Below, piece by piece: positions 38,166 to 52,084 of a stretch of 64,000 nt of DNA (position 1 is the stretch's first letter; the number at the start of each line of letters is the position of its first letter). The stretch is from assembly GCF_006345805.1 (NCBI RefSeq), contig NC_043001.1, positions 17,298,001 to 17,362,000 of the forward strand, written 5' to 3'. Origin of the DNA: Octopus sinensis. Its lineage: Eukaryota. Below the pieces are notes generated by a model. It was not told the DNA's origin and did no database searches. It saw nothing but the letters and a program-made list of their open reading frames with translations. The position numbers were made by a program, and so were the translations under genes.

Positions 38166-38253
38166 GATAGATAGATAGATAGATAGATACATACATACAT
38201 ACATAACATACATACATACATACATACATACATACAAACATATACATACATAC

Positions 38254-38298
<45 letters not shown>

Positions 38299-38726
38299 AA
38301 GCATATATACACATATACACATAGGCATATACATACATTAACATATAGACAACTCCATACACACATACATTAATGCAGACGCATGAATACATGCACACAT
38401 ACACACACCCATCCAGTCATCCATCCATACATCCATCAATCCATACACACATACATACATTCATACCCACATACATACATACGTGCATACAAACATACAT
38501 CTGCTTATCTTCCACCGTTCCAGATCTCCCGTCCATACACTCCCTTTCAATTCCCTACTCTCTCTATTCCCCACACTCTCTTTCCCACCTCTCTCTCTCT
38601 CTCTATCCCCTTCTCTCCCTGTCATCCTCTCCCTCACTATTATACTATATGTAGCTATTCTATCAAACTATTCTGTTAATTCCACCTTTCTTATTCCTTC
38701 CATTCTGTTTCTTCCTGCCATCATAC

Positions 38727-38784
<58 letters not shown>

Positions 38785-39139
38785 TTATGCGTTTCTTTTT
38801 CTCCTCTCCTTCCTCCCTCTTATACTTTCTTTACTCCACCCACACCCCATTTTATCTTTACATCTATTTCTATCCTGCAGACACACGCATAATCAAAACC
38901 ATACACAAACGCATATAAGCACACAAACAACCACAAATACACACACACACGCGCACACACACACACACACAATCATACACACAATCACAGACAAACGCGC
39001 GCACGCGCAGAAAATTGTCTTCAGACATGCAACGTATGTGTGTTTGTGCGAAGGTTTATACGTCTGTCTGCGTGTGCGCATGTCTGTACGCATGCACGTA
39101 TGCATGTATGTGTCTGCGTATGAATGTTCATATGTATGC

Positions 39140-39151
39140 ACATCTACGTTC

Positions 39152-39199
<48 letters not shown>

Positions 39200-39284
39200 A
39201 TGTATATATGTATATACATGTATATATATATATAATCAAAATGAGGAAATGGGATATGTAAATACGTATATAGATATATGTATG

Positions 39285-39332
<48 letters not shown>

Positions 39333-39520
39333 TATATATATATATATATTATATATATATATATGTGTGTGTGTGTGTATGTGTGTGTGTGTGTGTGGTG
39401 TGTGTGTGTGTATACACCAACAGACATATATATATATATATATATGCATATATATATATATTAGTATGTATTACTTTACATATACATTTAGTGTGCGTAT
39501 TACGCATATATCTAAGCATG

Positions 39521-39563
<43 letters not shown>

Positions 39564-39692
39564 GACTTTTAATATTTATGTACCTATACTTGTATATACT
39601 TCTGTGTGTAAATATAATACATACATGCAAAGCTATATATATATATATGTATATATACATATATGTATGCATGTATGTATGTATATATGTAT

Positions 39693-39766
<74 letters not shown>

Positions 39767-39809
39767 ATATGTATAAATATGTACACATATATATGAATAT
39801 ATATATATA

Positions 39810-39841
<32 letters not shown>

Positions 39842-40336
39842 AATATCTATCTATCTATCGATATATATATATATATACAAATAGTTCAAATAAAAGAAAA
39901 CAAAAGACGAAGGGAGATATAAACATGTATATATATGCATATATGTATACATATGTATATGCATATATATATATTACTCATATATTTACATATACACACA
40001 TATATATATACATATATATATATACAGGCATAAAACCATATATGCCTGTGTGTGTATATGGTCGTGCGTGTATTATTATATATATATATATACATATATA
40101 CATATATGTCTGTGTGTGTGTGCATATATATTATACAAATAATAGTATAATATATATTAAACTTTAATGTATTATACGTACACTTGTACGTATATATATA
40201 TATATATATATATACAAACACATACATACATAGATATATAACGTATATATATATATATATATATATACATATACATGTATATATATACGTGTATATATAC
40301 ACACACACACACATATATATATATATAAATATATGC

Positions 40337-40392
<56 letters not shown>

Positions 40393-40540
40393 GACATACA
40401 TACAACCCGGAGAACGCTCACACGTGTGTATACCACACATGTACAGACGTACATTCCTTGTCTGTAAACCCTTTTACCACATATTAATACACTTACATAC
40501 ATCCAAACACACACACACACACACACACATACTCATTTAC
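39140..40540. repeat. Large (TA)n/(CA)n compound microsatellite field
   Basis: Directly visible; source of many poly-YI ORFs. Confidence 0.95.
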
Positions 40541-40931
40541 AGACATATTCACTCACTCAGTCTCTTTCACTGACACATACACATTCAGCGTTGCACTCTC
40601 TTCACATCCCCATCTCTCATATTCCCTCTCTCTCTCTCTCTTTCTTACTCTTTCATTTTCTCTCTCACCCTCTCATTCTCACCCTCTCATTCTCTCCCTC
40701 ACATACATACATACATACATACATACATACATACAAAAATACATACATACATACATACAAACATACCTACATACATACATACACACACACACACATACAC
40801 ACGTTTGTACTCTCCTGCACACGCGTCATCTTCCCTTTAACTCTTTCATACGCACATACACACATATACACGCAGTCATTCACAATGATTTTACACTTTT
40901 TTCCTCTCATGGCCGTCTTTGTATGTTTGCG

Positions 40932-40997
<66 letters not shown>

Positions 40998-41149
40998 CTC
41001 GCTCTGGCTGTCTGTCTCTCATTCTTTGCTTGTCTATCTCTCTGGCATTCTTTGTCTTTCCCCTTCTCTCTCTCACACACACATACTCACACATACACAC
41101 ATACACACACACACTTATACACACCGTCGCATACGCAGACGTTCACAGA

Positions 41150-41300
41150 AAAAAAGATAGAGATAGAGTGAAAGAAAGACAAGCAAAAGAGAGCGAGTAA
41201 ACAAGGTGTGTCGCTTCAATTAGAGAGGCGGCGGCGGCGGCGGCGGGGAGAAGTGACTCTTGGAATGACGATCGTGGAAGGAGGGGAGGAGATGGTAATT
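41150..41300 (+). promoter_or_regulatory. Possible promoter or non-coding first exon
   Basis: GA-rich tracts, GTAAACA, (GGC)6 and a possible donor ATG|GTAATT near 41293. Motif-level evidence only. Confidence 0.2.
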
Positions 41301-42010
41301 CAAAATTTGGGCAACGTTTGTAGTTCGTCTCATCTCTTATATATTTGCTTTAAAATTTTATTTATTTGTCTGTTTTCTTACAAGTTGTCTATGGATGAAG
41401 GAAACGTATTCAAAAGACAGGAAGGGGTGAAAGGCACTTAGAGATACGTGAAGGCGAGGTTGTGTCTGGAATAGGGTTAGTTCCTTTGATGCACGCTTTA
41501 TTCTTTCCTTTTTTTCCCCCTTTAATTATTTATTTAGACAAGGAGCTGGGATAGGTGGGGGGGGGGTGTCGGTGGATAGAAGAAGGGAGCAAGGTAGTAG
41601 AAGAGGATGTGATTGGCTGTTGTTATGTGTGAACGTCCTCAAAATGCCAACAGTAGCAATCATAACATGAATTTACTTACACACACACACTACAGGACAT
41701 TGACCCGAGTTATACTGCTTTTTCATGAGAACTTTCTCCCAGCATGCACTGCAATCCGTCTACCGCACGACATTGTAAAAATAACTCCTCTAGCATCTGG
41801 TTTAAAGGATCGGTTCATTCGTCCTTCAGTCACGTACGAATGATTCGACCAGCAAAGTATGCTAAAGACCTCGTTGTTTACCTTTCTGTTCATTTTTGCT
41901 TTCTATTGTTTTATAAACTTGATATATATTTTTTTCACTCGATGTGAAATCGTTCTCTATTTCGTTACCTACGTGACAAATAAATAAAATATTTAAAAAA
42001 AAAAAAAAGC

Positions 42011-42150
42011 AACGCGCTGGCAGAATCGATAGCACACCGGGCAAAATGCTTAGCGGTATGTCGCCCGTCCTTACGTTCTGAGTTCAAATTCCGCCAGAGT
42101 CGGCTTTGCCTTTCTGAGTCCGTAAAATAAGTACCAGTTGAGCACTGGGG
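42011..42150 (+). mobile_element. SINE family D partial monomer
   Basis: Head with GAGTTCAAATTCC, then AAATAAGTACCAGTTGAGCACTGGGG. Confidence 0.8.
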
Positions 42151-42902
42151 TAGAGAGTCTTTTCTGTTCGGTTGCAGCTGTGAAAGTTTATAGAAAATTT
42201 TAAAATTTGATGCATTAATGTAGTTTTCCAAGCTGAATCTCTGGAGATATTTCACTTTTACCAGAAATTTTTTTTTTAAAATTGATAGAGGTTTAATGTT
42301 TGATAATTTTCACCCAGTCAGAAAACACGATTTCGAAGCTGTCATTTTGTGCGTGACGTGTTTTAATATGAAATTGTAAATAAATCAACTTCTGTTTTAC
42401 GCACGACATATAAACCCCTCATAACTTTTTTTATTTTCTGGAATTTTTATGAAATTTTTACGAATTTGTATTCTATAACTCGGGAATTTATACGATTATG
42501 TAAAAACCAAAAAGAAAAATATTGAGGGTGCGTGATTTAAGGCCTATTTGGCTGTTATTTCTAGCACATCTCTCGACCAGGGTAAAAGTAGCAGATGGGT
42601 AAAAGCAGTAGAACATGCTCTCAAGTAGAATATATTTGTCAACACGTGCTATCTCGCAGACAAAAGTGTTCTCCTGTTTGACTTGTTACTATGGAAACAG
42701 GAATGAATATGTCTGTGGCTTACGATTAGCTAGGGCAAAAAACACTGTATACATTGGTCAAAAAACTCACTGTATACATTGGTCGGGCATTAAAATAAAT
42801 ACAGAAGATTGATCATTTACAAAGTCAGGTTATGTGATGGAAAAAAGAAAGAAAAAGAAAAAGGGAAAAAGAAAGGAAAAAAACAAAAACAATAGAATGA
42901 AT

Positions 42903-43195
42903 TTACTGTGACAATGTTCTTCTCAATACGTGCAACGTACCAGTTAAAACAATATTTTGCACTTCTTTTATGCGCTGTAAGCCAGGGATCATTCTCCAAT
43001 AATTTCCATTTTTCTTTTCTTGGTTATTCCAAATGTTCTTATAATTTTCGGTATTGTAACCGCCTTGAGATGTCCCATATTTTTCGATTCCAATGAGCAA
43101 ATCTTTATATTCCCTGCGCTTGTCAAATTCTTTTGCTGAGATCTTATGATCACAAGGAATTCTCATGTCGATCAATAAACAGACTTTTATTGTTT
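42903..43195 (-). pseudogene. R4/Dong-like restriction-like endonuclease C-terminal remnant
   Basis: CLLIDMRIPCDHKISAKEFDK..EYKDLLI...IPGL..I.EVQNIVLTGTLHVLRRTLS. Confidence 0.75.
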
Positions 43196-43849
43196 TGGTC
43201 TTAGGCACAACTTTGACAGTTTTCACACTCCAAATTCTTGCAATTTCAAATTAAAGGGATAGTATTTTTTTATATATATATATAATGGAGTCTTTGAAGT
43301 TTTCTTTATTGACTCGTTCAGATGTCCATAAGATTTGCTCCGAACTTTCTCCTGGTTTTTTGTTTAGTGTAACTGAAAGAAATTTTCATTTTGTATTTTC
43401 CACACGGACAGTAACTGGACTACTTGGAAACCTATGTTGGAGTATGATAATGAAGACCGTTTCCGTGTCCTTGCTTGTTTTCTTTTTCTTTTATTTTCCA
43501 AATAATGCCCCTTTTTTTCTTTTTGTCACAATGTGAAACTTCAAGTCAATAAGAGCGTTCAGTTATACGGCACCGCTCCTCTGAACGGCGCACAAGAAGA
43601 CCAACAACAATATTCATTAATAGTCACGTACTAAAGGAAAGTGTATCGAATGTAGGAAAGACACACTTCAACCTCAAATGTACTTTCAAATAGAGGAACA
43701 TTTGACAAATCATTTCATTGAGGGAATAAAATGCTCAGCAGCATTATGAAATATAAACGGGCGTCTCATCTCAGGCATGTGAGAAATGAAAAATAACGTA
43801 ACTGTGCCTTGCAAAAGGCAACAGGACCATCTGTTACCTACTCCAAGGT

Positions 43850-44170
43850 GTAGATGGTGGCTGCTCTGCCAAATATATCAAAGGAAACCTCTTTCATCTA
43901 TAAGGAGGGATAGAGTTAGGGTTGAGTGTTATTTCTAAAATTGAAGATTTAAAAGCATAAGACTAGATAGCACAAAACACACTTTTCCTTAGATTGATCA
44001 TACAATATCTGGATCGAAGAAGCTCCAGAGTCACTATTAAGGATATGGGCGAATATATTGACATATGGTTCACAGTCATTTTTGTGATAGAATAAGAGCA
44101 TGGGGCCCTGTATAAGGTTGCTAGAGGTAAGCCCTGAGACTGATCATACAATGACTTGTTGCTATACAAT
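43850..44170 (-). pseudogene. Possible LINE APE endonuclease remnant
   Basis: LATLYRAP motif only; otherwise degenerate. Confidence 0.25.
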
Positions 44171-45463
44171 TGAAAGTAGAACTCGTTTAAGGGTTTCTAC
44201 TCAGATGATTTGAGAGGAAGAAAGCAGCAACCAGAGCAGCAAACCACAGGTACCTGGTGCAATTTTGGTTAGGGTGCTGAACTCATGATCGTAAGATTGT
44301 GGGTTCGCTTCCTGGACCGGGTGGCACTAACAACTTGTGGAAAATTCATGCTTTATAAATTTTCTTGTATTTATTTCGACGCATAGATTTTTATGAATTC
44401 ATAACATTGTTTTATTATATCAAAGATTCTTATTACAATAGCGAGCTCAGCAGGGGGATTAAGGCTATTATGAAATAAGAAAGTAGATAACTTGTAGTAT
44501 TAGTGACAGTATAAGGAAATCTGGTTTTATGAAGCTACTAGGCAAAGTGTTGTACTGTCGAGCTTGCAATTTAGATGAATTATAAACTATAAGCATCACC
44601 CTTTAACCTTGACGTATGCGTCGATTAAATATTGTTGAAAATGTTTTACTGGTGGTTAATTGACACTAAGGCCACGATAACATTACAACAAGGCGATAAC
44701 ATTACAACACTTGCGTAGCTAACTTATTTTGAAATCTGCTTCTTCATTTTTCATCATGCTGTCACAATTGTGCTATCTAAATGCACCATAGGGAAATAAA
44801 ATTGCGTAACATATTGAGTCAAAATGGCGGGATAAATATGAGATCCTTAGTGGCGTCATTTTTCTTGGGTGAATTATGATGTTTCTGCTTTCTGGATGGA
44901 TACCATTTCTACCAATAAACACCATATATTTTCAATATTTGTTGAAAAATTGTAGCACCTAATATTCAAGTCTTCGATGGATTTAAAACTATTTCCTGGG
45001 AACCGATATTTTCCCTATATACACTTGCCAGTTCTTATAACTCTCCTAAACGCTTTTTTATATACTTCAACGTCTAAGTCATAAAAATTTATAATTTCCT
45101 GTTGTGTATTCATCACATTAGAGAAACATCTAAATACTGAGGGACGTCTATTCGACATTGTAAAGTTTCATTGGCAACAATAATGTAAATCCGCCAATAG
45201 GCCGGACGATTGAAGTCTGTGTACGAGTAGATCAGAATGGTGTATCTGACATTGAATTCTAAAACAATGAGGTTCGTTTTACTTCATGTGTAATAATTTT
45301 TGTACCGAATGAAGTAAAGAAAACTGCATAATTAATTGCATTAAAGAATAAATTGCAGAGAAGGAAGTCACAGTTTAATCTTAGGTCAAGTTTAGTAACT
45401 CACTTCTGAACTTCAGAACGTTACAATAAGGAGAGATTCCGCCCATAGCTCTGAAGCCATAGA

Positions 45464-45644
45464 GCTCAACTACAACTTGTTCATTCTAGAGTCTAGTCAT
45501 TGGTTCATTCTAGAGTCTATTCATTGGCTCAACTACAACTTGTTCATTCAAGAGTCTAGAGTCTAGAGTCTAGAGTCTACAACCTCTAGAGTCTATTCAA
45601 ACATTCTAGAGTCTATTCAATGAATAGACTCTAGAATGTTTGAA
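45464..45644. repeat. TCTAGAGTC patchwork ending in a perfect 24-bp-arm palindrome
   Basis: Arms at 45596-45619 and 45621-45644. Confidence 0.9.
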
Positions 45645-45870
45645 CGTCCCTCAAAATAAGCAACCATCTTTCTTATCGTACGTCTTTCCTCTCTCTTATA
45701 CTCTCGTCGTACTTGATTTCTTTCTCGAAATTCTTCCTGGTACCCTATCGTTATTTCTCATTCAAGTTATTTTGTCACACTCCCCTCCATGCCTCTCCCT
45801 CTCAATGTTGCTGCATTTTGCCACAGTCCACGATTCTATCGTATCAATTGATTTTTTACCCTTCAATACT

Positions 45871-46096
45871 CTCTTTTACTCTTTTACTTGTTTCAGTCAT
45901 GTGACTGTGGCCATGCTGGAGCACCGCCTTTAGTCGAGCAAATCGACCCCAGGACTTTCTTTGGAAGCCTAAGTACTTATTCTATCGGTCTCTTTTTGCC
46001 GAACCGCTAAGTTAAGGGGACGTAAACACACCAGCATCGGTTGCCAAGCTATGTTGGGGGGACAAACACAGACACACACACATACATATATATATG

Positions 46097-46176
<80 letters not shown>

Positions 46177-46352
46177 TATATATATATACGACGGGCTTCT
46201 TTCAGTTTCCGTCTACCAAATTCACTCACAAGGCTTTGGTCGGTCCGAGGCTATAGTAGAAGACACTTGCCCAAGGTGCCATGCAGTGGGACTGAACCCG
46301 AAACCATGTGGTTGGTAAGCAAGCTACTTACTACACAGTCACTCCTACGCCT
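45871..46352 (-). mobile_element. Complete SINE family C
   Basis: Colinear with 15925-16308. Confidence 0.92.
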
Positions 46353-47469
46353 AATTACTGTCAGTAATTTACACACTTCCACTTGGTCATGATGACTCTT
46401 CTTATACGTTGGTTTCATCCCAAATTATTTCTTCCTATTTTTCTTATCCTTTCATCCTTTGCCTGTACTGTTCCATTCTTTCTCTCGTTACTTCATGTCT
46501 TCGATTTCTTTCGACAGTGAAGGTTTCTATATTAGATGGAGCACAATACAATTTTAGTTCTAAAATTTGCAGACGTGTAAAACGATAACGTAAAATGAGA
46601 ATAAAATTTGTAGCGCAACAATTTTGTTTCCTAACGGTAGATTTAAACAATTGCTAAAAGATATTTAAACCATTTCTCAATTCTAATAAATAATGACGGA
46701 GTCGAACTTTTATTTAAAGATATTAGATCTGTTTATTCTTAACAGTAAAAAACAAATATAACTTCCACTTTCCGCTAAGAGGAAAACACTCACTTATTTT
46801 GCTAAGAAGCAATCTTTCAGTTTTGCATAGTAAGGTCGTTTAATCGCGATGGCAGAATAGAATTTATAGTACAGACAATGGTAGACGTGTAAAAAGATTT
46901 TTAAAATAACGAAAAGCTAAAATGCTTTCATTGCCGTCTTATTGTTTACTGCGTCATAGAAATAAAAGTGTTTACCTTGTCAAAAGTGAAGGTGAAAATG
47001 TTTCCTTTCATAAAATGTGTTTTCGTATAAAATTAAATTATGAAAGAATGAAAGTATTCAGTAATGACAGGTAAGTAAAGTAGCGGTCTATAGTTATAAA
47101 GCTTTTAGTGTGACGGAAATCTTGTTCAATCGCCGTGAAATTGTACACAAACTAAATAATTGAAACATTAGTATTCACCGTACACAATTAGACAGTTATT
47201 TCACAGAGTTAATGCTGCGTTATGCCTTTCTTAATGATGGCTGTCAACAATTACTGAAAGATCTATTTCTCCTTTGTATTCAAAAGAAAACACGTTCACT
47301 GTGTAAAATGGCGCCCTTTGAATAATAATATTGTACATATTATATCTGTCATCTGTCTATTTATGTAACCCTCTATCTCTCTTTCTCTCTCTCTCTCTCC
47401 CTTTTCGTGTGTGTATGTGTGTGTATAGATAGATAGATGATGAATAGATAGATAGACAGACAGACATAC

Positions 47470-47529
<60 letters not shown>

Positions 47530-47689
47530 TGACAGATAGATAGATAGATAGATATACAAGCCCATAGGGTTACATATACACATACAGGTACGTAATTATT
47601 AGTGTTTCATTCTGTGTGTTGCTAATCAGTATACAACTACATCACTACACTAGTACGTACATATGTATATATACATACTTATATATATA

Positions 47690-47731
<42 letters not shown>

Positions 47732-47744
47732 ATATATATATATA

Positions 47745-48138
47745 CTAGCAGTATCGCCCGGCGTTGCTCGAGTTTGTAAGGGAAATAATTATATAAGCAT
47801 TTTTAGAGATGTAAAGTATAATAGCCATCTCAATATGGCTAACCACAAAGGGGAGGGGTGTTACTGTAGCTTTTTTACGTTCTGAGATTTAATAATAAAT
47901 TTAGAGAGTTACTTCCCTTATATATGGTCAAAAATGGATTAAAAATGGGAAAAATTGATGGTAAATTTTTTTTTAAATCGTAGACTCATCGTAGACGCGC
48001 GCTAATACCCAGACTGTCTCGATATGAATCACGACTATAAGATACCCGTTTTTGGTTAAACTGCACCGCAAAATGTGGGAGTAGTTAGGAATCTAAATCG
48101 TAGGAGACAGACACACAACCTCACTTTTATATATAAGA
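47745..48138 (-). mobile_element. Complete non-autonomous Helitron (394 bp)
   Basis: A|TC 5' end at 48138, GC hairpin about 10 nt before the CTAG|T 3' end at 47745, no TSD. Confidence 0.85.
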
Positions 48139-48217
48139 TTTCCTCTATTTACATAATATTGAGGTCTCTTTCTTTCTTTTGTTATCTTACTGTTTTTACC
48201 ATATAACAATATAATAG

Positions 48218-48248
<31 letters not shown>

Positions 48249-48330
48249 ATATAAAATATATATATAGTTACAGAGATGTACTTGCATAGCAAGTGACTTG
48301 ATCTGAGATCGTGTGCTGGAACGAAAACAG

Positions 48331-48585
48331 TTGCAGCGTTGAAGGTGTTTATAAGCCATTTAAGAAACACACAAAACCGTTAGATTCACTTCAACATTTA
48401 AATTTAATTTGTCAAAATATTTTCGTCGCTTTGAGACCGCGACCTGTTAGCACGATATTTTGTCAGTGAACAGTCGCGGTCTCAAAGCGAGGAAAATATT
48501 TTGGCAAATTAAATTTAAATGTTGAAGTGAATCTAACGGTTTTTGTGTGTTTCTTAAATGGCTTACAACACCTTCCACGCTGCAA
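48331..48585. repeat. About 115-bp-arm inverted repeat with a fossil hammerhead at the fold
   Basis: 48331-48448 pairs with 48469-48585. The plus strand at 48461-48506 reads TGTCA GTGAACA GTCGC..GCGAG GAAA ATATT T TGGCA. Confidence 0.85.
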
Positions 48586-48959
48586 TATATATATACACAC
48601 ATATATATATAATTGTATGTATGTATGTATGTATGTGTGTATATGTGTATGCATGTATGTGTGTGTGGTGTGCGTGTCTGTGCTTGTGATTGTCCTCCAC
48701 CACTGCTTGACAACGAATTTTGTTTGTTTACAATCCCTGTCACCTAGTGTTTGACAAGGAAACAGATAATAGTACAATGCTTACAAAAATAAAACTGGAG
48801 TTGATTCATTAAACTACAATTCTTCAAGGCATTGCCCCAGCATGGCCACAGACCAATGGCTGGAAAAGCAGAAGAATAAAAGAATACATTCTCTGCTTTG
48901 GTCTTATGTTCAAGGCATGAGAAAGCTTGAGTTTACATGAGAAGGCCTAACAGACCTGA

Positions 48960-49225
48960 TAGAAACAGCAGCCAAATCTCCCTCAAATCACCCCTTACTG
49001 TCTTATGTATGTATATATATATGAGCCAATGAGGGGACCTCTACATGGTAGCTAGACCTGGTAGAAATAGCAGCCAAATTTCCCCCAAATCACACCTTAC
49101 TGTCTTATCTATGTATATATGTATGTATGAGCCTATGAGGGAGACCCCTACATGGCAGCTAGACATGGTAGAAATAGCAGCCAAATCTCCCTCAATCACA
49201 CCTTACTGTCTTATGTATGTATGTA
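48960..49225. repeat. About 105-bp tandem repeat, 2.5 copies
   Basis: TAGAAA(C/T)AGCAGCCAAAT..CC..CAAATCAC.CCTTACTGTCTTAT occurs three times. Confidence 0.85.
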
Positions 49226-49502
49226 TATATATATATATATATAACAAGCCACTACGGTTATTTAATGTAAAGTCTTCCTCAAATCACTCTCGCTATTTAC
49301 TCTCTTCCAAGAACATTTTCACTCACTCTTATCTCTTAGCTTGCCATACATTTTACTCATGTATCTATCAGCGTGATAGACAGAAACAAATATTACATCG
49401 CCATCGCCATCGCCATCGCATTCGCTTCTATTGTCTACCTGTCAACACACACACAGTGAATTACTTTCATTTTATTCGTTGCACACACTGTGTGTGCCGT
49501 GT

Positions 49503-49731
49503 GCGTGTGGTGTAAACCACATTAAGAAAAGCATTTGACATACACACCAGAATGTGAGTTTTCTGTAAATTTTGCTTAATGGAGTTTAAATTTTAAAAAC
49601 TGGACCTGGCATGACCCTATGCATTTCTACTCTTAAAAATGCTAGGTAAATTGTAATTGAAGAAATCCTATATTGTAGATTTCTATAACTGACAAAGGGA
49701 GGCAATAAAATCTGCCTTTTATAATAAGAGA
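49503..49731 (-). mobile_element. Helitron-type 5' end fragment
   Basis: A|TCTCTTATTATAAAA start on the minus strand, like 48138. No 3' CTAG end seen. Confidence 0.4.
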
Positions 49732-49741
49732 TATATATAAT

Positions 49742-49901
49742 ATATAATATTAATTAGAGACAAAACCACTATTTTGCAAATCAAACAAAGAAAGACTTAA
49801 TCCATACATAAAAAAAAAAATTTTTTTTTAAATGTATTGGATTAAGTCTTTCTTGTTTGATTTGGCTCAAATAGTGGTTTGGCTCTAATTAATATTATAT
49901 A
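49742..49901. repeat. About 80-bp-arm imperfect palindrome
   Basis: Symmetric about the A-run/T-run junction at 49820/49821. Confidence 0.85.
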
Positions 49902-50134
49902 ATATTTTACTATAAAATTGGATTCAATCCTAAATCTGCTTTTTCCCTGTAAATTTGGATTTATTCCCTAATATTTATTATTATATACATATATATTTTA
50001 ACACATAAGAGATGGCCATAACAGGACATCTGATGTCCTGTTATGTGGCACTGTTATGTGGCCTTCGCAATAACAGTGTAGCACAAACGGCGGTGCATCA
50101 GCATGGCCGCAGCTCTGAGCTGAAACTAGAGAAA

Positions 50135-50224
<90 letters not shown>

Positions 50225-50858
50225 ATATTAGAGGGAAACCACTACGTGGACACCCTTATGCTAGAAATAGATCTGCTATGGTCTTACCACAAAGAAATGT
50301 TCTCAAGAAAAATTTAGCAAAACAACCAAAACGTAATCGAGCAAGACAAAAGAAAAGCAATAAAAATATGGATTATTCGCATACATGTTTCACTATTAAC
50401 ATTACGTAACTTTACTTAAATAAATATCCGTAGATCATCGGTGCGACTGTCCAGATGAATATAATTTGCAGGACTGCATACTAGGACGTCCGCACAAAGT
50501 CAGATTTGTAAGCAGTTCTACCCATTACACTTGTGCTTACTATTTCAAATGTCCTCGTTTTGGCGCGCTAAATTACCGGAATAACTGATTCTGCAGATAA
50601 TACTTTACTGCAGTGGCCTTTACTGGCTAGCGAACGTATTTATTTAAATTTAAATTTAAAATGAGGGTGAGAAATTAGATATTAATTTAATTAACATCGA
50701 TTTCATCACACCAGTGGTCTAGCATATAAAAAAAAAACTGAAGTTCAGTAAAATTGTATTATACATACATTTTAGAGGAAACCACTATGTGGACACCCTA
50801 TGCTAGAACTAGTCCGCTATCCGCTATCCCGTCTTACCCCAAATTATGTTAGCTAATA

Positions 50859-50892
<34 letters not shown>

Positions 50893-51491
50893 GAGATAAT
50901 ATCAGTGGCCAATTTAACGTGGTTTTATAGTCAGAGTTTCGACTGCTATTTCGGCATGGTGGTGTCTCTCAGACACCCTCATTTTTAATTGTAAAAATTA
51001 TTACCTTTTTACGGTATTTTTTCCCATGCTGGCCACTTGATAATATCGATATTTAAATATCGATATTTAAATATCGATATTATCCTCATTTATAAATTTA
51101 TATAATTCGGTATTATATTCACTGCGGTGTTTATTTTAACCATATCGTGCTTATGTGGTGTTATGGCGGGCAATTTAACTGGCCGTGTGCATACGTACAT
51201 ATGTATGTATGTATGAACGTTCGTATATGTAAGTATATCGTTTGTTCTTCATATATATATCTGTATTTATGTACTCTTGATATATTCAACCGATGACGGT
51301 AAAGCTTATTTAAAGCAAAACCAGAAATCCTGGATCTTGAATTATTCAATAACTTTTGCTTGTCTATTTTATCCGTCTGTCTTATCTCATGGTACGATAT
51401 GAACATTTAACGTGGTTTTTTATAGTCAGAGTTTCGACTGCTATTTCGGCATGGTGGTGTCTTTTCAGACACCCTCATTTTTAATTATATA

Positions 51492-51588
<97 letters not shown>

Positions 51589-51781
51589 CATATATACATA
51601 TATATATATACATATATACATATATATATATACATATATACATATATATATACATATATACTATATATATATATACATATATACATATATATATATATAA
51701 TATACTACATATATATATATATATACATAATATATATATATATATATACATATATTATATAATATATATATATATATATAT

Positions 51782-51812
<31 letters not shown>

Positions 51813-52010
51813 AATAATTAATTTTATTGTATCGCATTTATCTTTGTTTACATATTCTCTCGATAAATTTCTGACCGTTAGACGATATACCACAATCCCC
51901 CTATTTTGTCGGGTTGTTCTGAGTCTGCGCAGTGTTTTGAATAGTTAGAAAGAGCATTTCGATAGACGCACATGGGTCTATTGATATGGTCTTCCCATCA
52001 TTAACAGGAA

Positions 52011-52084
52011 TCTTACTGAAGAGCCAGCCTGAGTAAATAAATACTATTTTTTATTACTGAATTTGGCGAAACTGCGGTATAAGA
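52011..52084 (+). ncRNA. Type I hammerhead ribozyme, intact, unit 1
   Basis: TCTTA CTGAAGA GCCAG...TTGGC GAAA CTGCGG TA TAAGA. Predicted cleavage after A52079. Confidence 0.88.

Noticed and set aside
41613-41843. 76-aa ORF in unique sequence
   Set aside because: No recognisable domain, and it includes a CA repeat; insufficient evidence for a CDS.
46444-46650. 68-aa ORF with possible CAGTAATT/AATTACTG termini at about 46361 and 47257
   Set aside because: Only 8 bp of inverted match, no TSD and no family-diagnostic motif.
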